Source: a virus | Lineage: Duplodnaviria; Caudoviricetes | IMG/VR virus record: IMGVR_UViG_3300027804_000038 | Location: 192,001-256,000 of that record | Length of the DNA: 64,000 bases | Direction: 5' to 3' (one strand) | Shown here: piece by piece, positions 57,310 through 64,000 of the stretch | Numbering within the stretch: the stretch's first letter is position 1 | Layout of the letters: each line of letters begins with the position of its first letter | The notes under the pieces: model-generated | Databases searched by the model: none | What the model saw: the letters and a program-made list of their open reading frames with translations, nothing else | What the model was told of the DNA's origin: nothing | Program-made: the position numbers and the translations under genes

Positions 57310-58410
57310 GTGAAAAAGATACAAAGGATAATAAATGAAGCATTAGGAGTACCTAATGAAATTGATATGATTGTTGATATCTATACTGATTTAGTTATAG
57401 ATAGATTAAAACAAGATATTGTTAATAAGTCATATAAAACACGTAAAGTAGATGCCACTAATTACGGAGAGTGGGATATGGTTTATGGTAAATTAAAAAT
57501 ATCCGCAAATGATTCATGGAGATATGTTGAATCATCTCCTAAGTTTAATATAGATGAATGGAGAAAATTTCCACTATATCGAAATAAATTTGAAATAACC
57601 TACCAAGTCATACCTGAAAAAACATTTGAATTACAAGGTAAGAGTTCCCCACAAATAGGTGGTACCCATGCATTTAAACCAGGTGAAATGAAGATTAAAA
57701 ATTTAAAGTCTAGAGGGGATGTTTACGATGTTGGATATTTTGAGTTTGATTTTCATATGAACGAAGAAAATTTTGAAAATCCTGATTCAATGAGAGACGT
57801 ATTTAAATCAGTTATGGCTCATGAAATTTTTCATTCGTTTCAGTTGTATACTAAATTTAAAAAAACAGGTAAAGTAGGGTATGGTAAAGAAAGTGTTTAT
57901 AATTTTTTACAAAACATTTTAAAGAGTAATTTTAGCCAAGAGTGGAATGATTTTACATATCTATTATATCTTTCATTAAGATTTGAACATCAGGCGAGAA
58001 TACCACAAGTTTATAATGTTCTTAAAAATAAGAAAATTACAAACTATGATGAATTTATGGATGAAATTAGAAAAACTGATGTTTGGGATGAAATTAAAAA
58101 GTTAAGGTCTTTCTCGGCTAAAAAAATAATTAACGATTTGTCTAAAATAAGTGGACTTGAAGATATAATCTTTGCACCTATGAAAAGACAAGAGTTACAG
58201 CAAAATATTGCAAATTGGAACGACTTTATTGAAATTGTAATGCAAAAGTTATCTGAAAATGGTACAGATGTCGGTAAAATAAGAAAGTTAGGTAGTAATA
58301 TACTAAGTAACCCAGAATCTTTTTTTACTTATTGGGAAAAAAGATTTCATAACAGAGCCGAGGAATTGGTAAAGAAAATATCTAAATTATATCATTTAGT
58401 TAAAAAATAA
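57310..58410 (+). CDS. zincin-like metalloprotease, paralog of 34996
   Basis: GTG start MKKIQRIINE; AHEIFH plus EHQA. Confidence 0.65.
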   Translation: MKKIQRIINEALGVPNEIDMIVDIYTDLVIDRLKQDIVNKSYKTRKVDATNYGEWDMVYGKLKISANDSWRYVESSPKFNIDEWRKFPLYRNKFEITYQVIPEKTFELQGKSSPQIGGTHAFKPGEMKIKNLKSRGDVYDVGYFEFDFHMNEENFENPDSMRDVFKSVMAHEIFHSFQLYTKFKKTGKVGYGKESVYNFLQNILKSNFSQEWNDFTYLLYLSLRFEHQARIPQVYNVLKNKKITNYDEFMDEIRKTDVWDEIKKLRSFSAKKIINDLSKISGLEDIIFAPMKRQELQQNIANWNDFIEIVMQKLSENGTDVGKIRKLGSNILSNPESFFTYWEKRFHNRAEELVKKISKLYHLVKK

Positions 58411-58458
58411 TTTGGATATCCAAGAAATAAAACGTAGATTTGTCTAAAATTAAAACAA

Positions 58459-58845
58459 ATGAAAAAAATAATTCTCTCACTTATCATTTCTTTATTTTCA
58501 ATCGTGGCTTTTGCTCAGTCATTTGCAAAATCTAAAACGGTACAAATCGGAGTTAAGAATGAAACAACAGGTAAATTCGATTTCCAAGAACCCCAAGAAA
58601 TACCAGCTGTATTGGTAAAAATGGGTGATATTGAGATTATTATTTATTCTAAAGTTGAACAAAAATATTTTATATATAGTGAAACATATGATTTTGATGA
58701 TGGTAATGGTTCTTATTGGTACGCATATGATGCTGAAGGTAACAAAGTAAGAATCTATCTATATAAAAATCCAGTGTCAGAAATATTTTTGGGTATTGAA
58801 TATGGAGATGTTTGTTGGGTATATACTTTGAATTCGATGAAATAA
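58459..58845 (+). CDS. secreted hypothetical protein
   Basis: signal peptide AFA|Q. Confidence 0.65.
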   Translation: MKKIILSLIISLFSIVAFAQSFAKSKTVQIGVKNETTGKFDFQEPQEIPAVLVKMGDIEIIIYSKVEQKYFIYSETYDFDDGNGSYWYAYDAEGNKVRIYLYKNPVSEIFLGIEYGDVCWVYTLNSMK

Positions 58846-58892
58846 CCATCGAATTTTTTTGCCAATTAAAAAAAAGATTGTATATTTGTCAT

Positions 58893-59486
58893 ATGAAAAA
58901 TATCCTAATACTTTTAATTTCTTTATTTACATTTTCAGTAAATGCTCAAGTTATTGATTACAATAACTTTGACAACAAATTACTTGAACGTTTAGTTTTT
59001 GAAGAACTTAACAAATATCGAGATTCTTTAGGTGTTGTAGATTTGTTATGGTCAAAAGTAATGTATGAGCAAGTTAGCTGTAAACAAACTGAAATACTTG
59101 CTAAAGGTAGTACTTTATATCACCCTGACTTAGATACTTTGTTTACTGATGAATTCAGAGTAGGGTTATCTAAAGAATCTCAAAAACTAACTGGTATCAA
59201 GAGTCAATTTAATTGTGGACCATCTTCTGTAACTACTTTAAGTGAAAACGGGTTTTCATGGGAATTAAATAAGGTTACTTACCAAGAAATGGCAAAGATT
59301 GCAATAATTGCTTGGGACAAATCATATATGCACAAGTGTAATCAAAAGTACCCATATGTTGTTGATGGAGGAGGAAAAGGATTTGTGTCAATATCCGCAA
59401 GAGTAAATAAGTCAAAAACTAAAATATTTATAACTTGTAATTTTTCACAAGTTCACAAAGAAAAAAAAACCACTACTAGTCAGTAG
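58893..59486 (+). CDS. secreted CAP/SCP-like protein
   Basis: signal peptide; VFEELNKYR..G...L, SENG, W..S..H. Confidence 0.6.
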   Translation: MKNILILLISLFTFSVNAQVIDYNNFDNKLLERLVFEELNKYRDSLGVVDLLWSKVMYEQVSCKQTEILAKGSTLYHPDLDTLFTDEFRVGLSKESQKLTGIKSQFNCGPSSVTTLSENGFSWELNKVTYQEMAKIAIIAWDKSYMHKCNQKYPYVVDGGGKGFVSISARVNKSKTKIFITCNFSQVHKEKKTTTSQ

Positions 59487-59494
59487 TGGTTTTT
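59465..59494. terminator. bidirectional terminator between convergent genes
   Basis: AAAAACCACTACT/AGTAGTGGTTTTT. Confidence 0.75.
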
Positions 59495-60783
59495 ACTATA
59501 TCTTTTTTCTCAAACTTAGGTAATTTAATATCTAAACGTCTATTGTTAATTGTCTGATTAAAATCTTTAACTTCAGGCCATTTTTTACCCTTGTCAAATC
59601 TATCAGTTTCACCTAAAGGGTTTGCAACAAATGTTCCTGAAAGTTCTGGTAATGATTTATCTAATTCTTGAATTATTGCTTTAGCTCTTTCTTCAGATAA
59701 ACATTTATTGTATTCATTTCTGGGTCTACCACCAGGTTTTCTACAAGCTGGTAAAGTAGTTGTTGTTTTACTATTTGAATCCGACATAATTCCCTTTGGG
59801 TCCTCATCAATAGAAGATGATGTGGTCACATAAGCTTTTTGAGACTTTAAAAAGTTAATATATTCACCATATATTTTATCGTCGTATTTAGTTTTAACAT
59901 TTTTAATTTCTTTAATAAAGTTTTCTAATTCAAGTTTACCGTTATCTGTTAAATCTGTTTTATCAAATTTAAATGGGTCAGTCATTTCAGCCTTAATTTC
60001 AATAGAAACAACCATAGGAGGTTTTATCTCAGGAGCATTAATTACACCAGTTCCTTCAGGACCTTTCATGGCGTTAATACCAATTCCGTAATTATTTACG
60101 AATTCTTTATATTTCATATCTGAATAATTAGTACCTGTAGATACCGTACGACTTCCAGTATTTCTAAAACTTATACTACTTCTAACCCAAGATGTGGAAT
60201 TATAATCTTCTTTACTAGGTATAAATAATTCATTTAAACTAACATTAGGGTTATTAATTTTTTCATATGGTTTGTCTAAAGTTTGAATTATTGGATATAT
60301 TTGAAATATTGTAGGAATTCCATTTTCTAACGCTAAAGCAAAACCAAGATAATTTGGACGTAAGTCTTGCCCAAATTTTACATTTTGTAAAATCAATCCC
60401 AAAATTGCAGGATTACCCTCGGCCGCTCCACTTCTATACTGGTCTCTTGTAATAGTAATTACTTTATTATCAGTAAATTGTCCTGTAGTTAAATTAAAAT
60501 CAACGTCTAAAATATTACCACTTAAAGTCTCCTCTTGGTGCATTTTTTCATATTTTTGTTTTCCAGTTCTTCTACCATCTATTACTTCATCTACTACATC
60601 TAAAACTTCTAAATTTCCATTTGTAACATTAATGTAATATCCTCCTAACTTAAATAAAGTAGGTGTAGATTCTTCAGGTTTATCACCTGTAGTAAAATCC
60701 TGCTCAACCAAAATACCCTTGGTTAAATACATTGATAATATTTGTGATTTTTCTTGTTCCGTAACTAAAAATCTTTTACTCAT
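59476..60783 (-). CDS. protein with C-terminal OmpA-like peptidoglycan-binding domain and leader
   Basis: FKFDKTDL, N..LSEERA..I, GET...NRRLDI. Confidence 0.7.
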   Translation of the reverse strand: MSKRFLVTEQEKSQILSMYLTKGILVEQDFTTGDKPEESTPTLFKLGGYYINVTNGNLEVLDVVDEVIDGRRTGKQKYEKMHQEETLSGNILDVDFNLTTGQFTDNKVITITRDQYRSGAAEGNPAILGLILQNVKFGQDLRPNYLGFALALENGIPTIFQIYPIIQTLDKPYEKINNPNVSLNELFIPSKEDYNSTSWVRSSISFRNTGSRTVSTGTNYSDMKYKEFVNNYGIGINAMKGPEGTGVINAPEIKPPMVVSIEIKAEMTDPFKFDKTDLTDNGKLELENFIKEIKNVKTKYDDKIYGEYINFLKSQKAYVTTSSSIDEDPKGIMSDSNSKTTTTLPACRKPGGRPRNEYNKCLSEERAKAIIQELDKSLPELSGTFVANPLGETDRFDKGKKWPEVKDFNQTINNRRLDIKLPKFEKKDIVKTTTD

Positions 60784-60939
60784 AATTGTATTTTAAATAT
60801 AAATATAAAAAAATAAAGAAATATCATTCATTATATTGTTATTTGATTTTTTTTAAATTATGATTGTAAAAGAATTTCAAAAAAATTTTAAAAGTTGAAA
60901 AAAAAGTATTACATTTGTATTCTAAATAAAATAATAAAC

Positions 60940-61329
60940 ATGGGAAAAAGTAAGTGTAAAAGTAAAGAAATGAAATCTCAAGTGGAACAACTTGAGGCTA
61001 TGGTACAAAAGTTGAAAGGTGAGATGAAGAAAAATAGTAGTACTATTTATAAATTCACTGAAGAACAGTTAGTTGAATTTGCAACTGAATTACACAATAA
61101 GTTTATGGATAATATGTCAAATCAACTTATTGATTGTGATTTTGATAGTGATGGTATAGTGTCAATTGAAGTTGATGATTTGATGATTACCCCAATTGTT
61201 GATACTGATTACTTAGTTGATGAAATTACATCTAACGTAATTTGTCCTGAAGAGGATGAAATGATGGATATTGTTTATGAAGTACTAAGTGATTTGGGAC
61301 TTGAGCAAACTGAAGAAGTTGAGGAATAA
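60940..61329 (+). CDS. hypothetical acidic protein
   Basis: start moved to MGKSK after TACATTTG promoter. Confidence 0.65.
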   Translation: MGKSKCKSKEMKSQVEQLEAMVQKLKGEMKKNSSTIYKFTEEQLVEFATELHNKFMDNMSNQLIDCDFDSDGIVSIEVDDLMITPIVDTDYLVDEITSNVICPEEDEMMDIVYEVLSDLGLEQTEEVEE

Positions 61330-61350
61330 CAACTAAAACTAAAAAGAAGA

Positions 61351-61800
61351 CCCCACGAGTAACGGAGATATCCGACCGTTATGGAGTGTGAACATGGCTT
61401 AGAAGGCTCCAAGGCTATGGGGGAGGCTACACAAACTAATACGGATTCCCCATTATGGATTAAGGGGGTTAGGGGCCTTAAATGGTTGTAATACAATCCA
61501 CAAGTTGTAGAAATACTGGACAATTCTACAATATACACTCTTCTTCCGAGTGAGACTCACCACGTAACTTTGGGGGTAGGGCGAAGATGTCCTGAGGGTA
61601 GCACTGAACGCTATATCTGAAAGGTTATGACACATTTGATTAACTGAGTAAATATGGACGGAGTGTAAGAGTAGAGGTCTTCGGTGGATGGTTACTACGG
61701 TCCCACTCTCTTGGGGCATATCCGAAGAAATACTAATAATGGGAAACTACCAAACAAAGGTTAGCGCGTGAAATCCCACACGGACAGAGAAGCTGACCTT
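61351..61800 (+). ncRNA. candidate ~450-nt structured RNA
   Basis: GC-elevated, long-range helices 61351-59/61708-16 and 61449-56/61736-43, terminal hairpin. Confidence 0.6.
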
Positions 61801-61808
61801 TATTTTAT

Positions 61809-61883
61809 GAAGAAGTAGCTCAGACGGTAGAGCATAGGGTTAGAAATCCCTTGTGCCGCGAGGTTCGATTCCCGCCTTCTTCA
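61809..61883 (+). tRNA. atypical tRNA (AGA register or 8-nt loop)
   Basis: good acceptor and D arms, bulged T stem, loop TTAGAAAT. Confidence 0.6.
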
Positions 61884-61886
61884 CTT

Positions 61887-61908
61887 AACCCACTTATGTG
61901 GGTTTTTT
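61887..61908 (+). terminator. intrinsic terminator
   Basis: AACCCAC/GTGGGTT plus T run. Confidence 0.8.
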
Positions 61909-61931
61909 CATTATAAAAGTATTTATTAATA

Positions 61932-62321
61932 ATGGAATATAAAATACCTGAAAAAAGACTGTATAATATAATTTATCAGTATATTGATAGTATATACGAT
62001 GTTAATGAAATACATTGGACTCATCCATATGAGTATGATGAATTAAAAGGTGAAGAAGGTGAAGACCCATGTAGAATAACCTTTTACCGTGGTGATTATG
62101 ACCAATATGACGAACCTTTATTCCGTTGGTATGATAAATGTTATTGGAATACAGATTCGTGGCAAGGAACTATACAATATGATAGGTCTCCTATTTTGTC
62201 TATTGAAGACGAAGAATTATCTAGAATGTATTCTCATTTTGGGGATTTTTGGAAAACCCCATTTTTAGATTGGTTTACCAATAACTTTAAAGACATTTCA
62301 GTTAAAAGCGTTTTAATCTAA
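61932..62321 (+). CDS. hypothetical late protein
   Basis: ORF track; TATTTAT at 61920. Confidence 0.65.
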   Translation: MEYKIPEKRLYNIIYQYIDSIYDVNEIHWTHPYEYDELKGEEGEDPCRITFYRGDYDQYDEPLFRWYDKCYWNTDSWQGTIQYDRSPILSIEDEELSRMYSHFGDFWKTPFLDWFTNNFKDISVKSVLI

Positions 62322-62400
62322 TATTTTATTTGACTTAATTTAAAATTATCCGTACCTTTTAAAGGTCACAAGGGTTCTTTGAAATAAAGGAGAAAATATT

Positions 62401-62787
62401 ATGGAAACAACTTATTTTGTTTTAGGTGTGCTCTCGGTTGTTGCTCTAATTTTCATTGGGGTAATTGCTTGGGGTGTGTTTAAGATTAGTAAACAACAAA
62501 TTCAAATTAAAAATTTACAGGAAGATATTCAGGGGTTATTAAGAACCATTTCAAATGAAAGTGAATATACCTCAAGAAGAATTGATAATGAAAGACAAAA
62601 TATCCATTCTGATTTAAGAGAATACAATAATAGAATGGAAAGTCAGGTAAGTGATATATGGAGACAGATAGAAAGTACTAAAAAAGATACTATTTCTGAA
62701 TCTAATTCATACGTGGACAAACGAATTGATAAACTAATTGATGCCTATTTTGACATCAAAAAAAATAAAGACCTTTTAAAAGGATAA
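62401..62787 (+). CDS. membrane-anchored coiled-coil protein
   Basis: N-terminal TM helix, heptad pattern. Confidence 0.65.
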   Translation: METTYFVLGVLSVVALIFIGVIAWGVFKISKQQIQIKNLQEDIQGLLRTISNESEYTSRRIDNERQNIHSDLREYNNRMESQVSDIWRQIESTKKDTISESNSYVDKRIDKLIDAYFDIKKNKDLLKG

Positions 62788-62821
62788 AATAATAATGAAC
62801 CCTTGTGATTTTTTTTAGAAT

Positions 62822-63202
62822 ATGAATAATAAATTTAATATTGCGGTTATTGCTCACGATAACAAGAAAGCGGATATGGTTGCATTTATTATGAAAAGAT
62901 TAGAGTTTTTTAAAAATGTTAATATATTTGCAACAGGAACCACAGGTAAACACATTGAATTTGCAGGATGTTACGTTAGTAAGATGAAGTCTGGACCAAT
63001 GGGAGGAGATGCTCAAATTGCATCAATGATTGTTGACGGTAAAATTGATTATGTTATATTTTTTATTGACCCATTATCTTCTCATCCACACGAAGTTGAT
63101 GTGCAAATGTTATTAAGAATATGTAATGTTACAGATACTCCAATTGCAACTAATTACTCAACTGCAAAAATGGTTGTTGAGTATTGTGAAAATAAAAAAT
63201 AA
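62822..63202 (+). CDS. mgsA: methylglyoxal synthase
   Basis: IAHDNKK, ATGTTG, SGPMGGD.QI, DPL..HPHE.DV..L.R.C..IATN. Confidence 0.93.
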   Translation: MNNKFNIAVIAHDNKKADMVAFIMKRLEFFKNVNIFATGTTGKHIEFAGCYVSKMKSGPMGGDAQIASMIVDGKIDYVIFFIDPLSSHPHEVDVQMLLRICNVTDTPIATNYSTAKMVVEYCENKK

Positions 63203-63218
63203 TTTATATATTTGTAAA

Positions 63219-63674
63219 ATGAAATACAATATATACTTAGATGATGTTCGTACCCCAAAAGATAAAAATTGGGTAGTTGTACGAAATTATGATGAATTTG
63301 TTAATAGAGTTACTGAAATAGGTTTAAATAATATTGATACTATTTCTTTGGACCATGACCTTGGAGATACTGCAATGAATGAATATTTCAACAATGTAAG
63401 CCCAAACTACACTTTAAACTATGAGAATATTAAAGAAAAAACTGGTTTGGATTGTGCTAAATGGTTGGTTAATTATTTCTATGATACTAATCCTGAGTGG
63501 ATTGAAATGAATAGAATAGTTAAGAGAGCCGATAAAATAAACTTTCCTCAGGTTTATACTCATTCTGCAAATCCGATTGGTTCTGCAAATATTATGGGTT
63601 ACATAAATAATTTTTTAATGAATGAAGCTCAAACTCAGACATGTGTTAGGGTTCAAATTCCACATAACGTATGA
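63219..63674 (+). CDS. cyclic-phosphate-processing receiver-like (cREC) domain protein
   Basis: IYLDDVR.P, ISLDHDLG, TG.DCAKW, HSANPIG. Confidence 0.75.
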   Translation: MKYNIYLDDVRTPKDKNWVVVRNYDEFVNRVTEIGLNNIDTISLDHDLGDTAMNEYFNNVSPNYTLNYENIKEKTGLDCAKWLVNYFYDTNPEWIEMNRIVKRADKINFPQVYTHSANPIGSANIMGYINNFLMNEAQTQTCVRVQIPHNV

Positions 63675-63883
63675 AAATGGAAAGTAGAGTTCAAGTTACA
63701 GTTAATCTAACTGTTGACCAAAGAATTGAAATTATTAAACAAATCGATAAACATTTTGATATACTAGATTTTGGTATTAACAGTTTTCATGATGAAAAAA
63801 ATCAGGAAGAAGATTTACATAAAGAAATAGATATTATGTACCCTGGATGTCCCAAAACAGTAAATTGTTTTTACGTTATTTAA
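63671..63883 (+). CDS. hypothetical protein
   Basis: ORF track. Confidence 0.55.
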   Translation: MKMESRVQVTVNLTVDQRIEIIKQIDKHFDILDFGINSFHDEKNQEEDLHKEIDIMYPGCPKTVNCFYVI

Positions 63884-63897
63884 AAATAAATTTTAAA

Positions 63898-64000
63898 ATG
63901 AAAACAAAATTTGCAGATACATTTTTTGATAGTTTCAAAAAAATGGTAAACCGACAAAGATGGTATTGGAAAACATGGGACTTATTCAGATATGACCTGC
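63898..64000 (+). CDS. partial ORF running off the window
   Basis: MKTKFADTFFDSFKKMVNRQRWYW..., open to the end. Confidence 0.55.
   Translation, partial: MKTKFADTFFDSFKKMVNRQRWYWKTWDLFRYDL

Noticed and set aside
1-64000. Stop-codon reassignment
   Set aside because: Long ORFs are intact in code 11, genes end in TAA, TGA and TAG, and there is no CTA/TCA/TTA-anticodon tRNA.
1-64000. Host chromosome or eukaryotic giant virus origin
   Set aside because: No rRNA or ribosomal and housekeeping operons; bacterial promoters, terminators, GH24 lysozyme and tail-like genes indicate a phage.

Overview
AT-rich segment of a large (jumbo-type, probably myovirus) bacteriophage infecting Bacteroidota. The host call rests on about 20 TAnnTTTG -7 promoters, a T9SS type-B C-terminal domain and an Hc1-like histone mimic. 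Standard genetic code. The left half holds virion-associated and late genes (TATTTAT motif, I/L-x-E leader peptides, YadA-like tail fibre, tail-tube-like protein), a sulfation cluster, two DNA methyltransferases, redoxins, DnaJ and DnaK. The right half is an RNA-rich accessory region: tRNAs for all 20 amino acids, a GOLLD-like ~890-nt RNA and several other structured RNAs, a Ro60/TROVE protein, putative RNA-healing enzymes, a (p)ppGpp-hydrolase-like HD protein and MgsA. Three standout observations: (1) four Y-RNA-like stems near the Ro60 gene, each carrying a tRNA module in a different topology (two circular permutations, one linear, one bare Lys-UUU anticodon arm); (2) a codon-diverse leader peptide with a terminator/antiterminator switch in front of the main tRNA array; (3) an HNH cassette that splits tRNA-Pro and carries a replacement tRNA-Pro. 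Together these suggest a system that senses and counters host tRNA-destroying defences; that functional reading is inference. All family assignments come from manual motif recognition, with no database searches.
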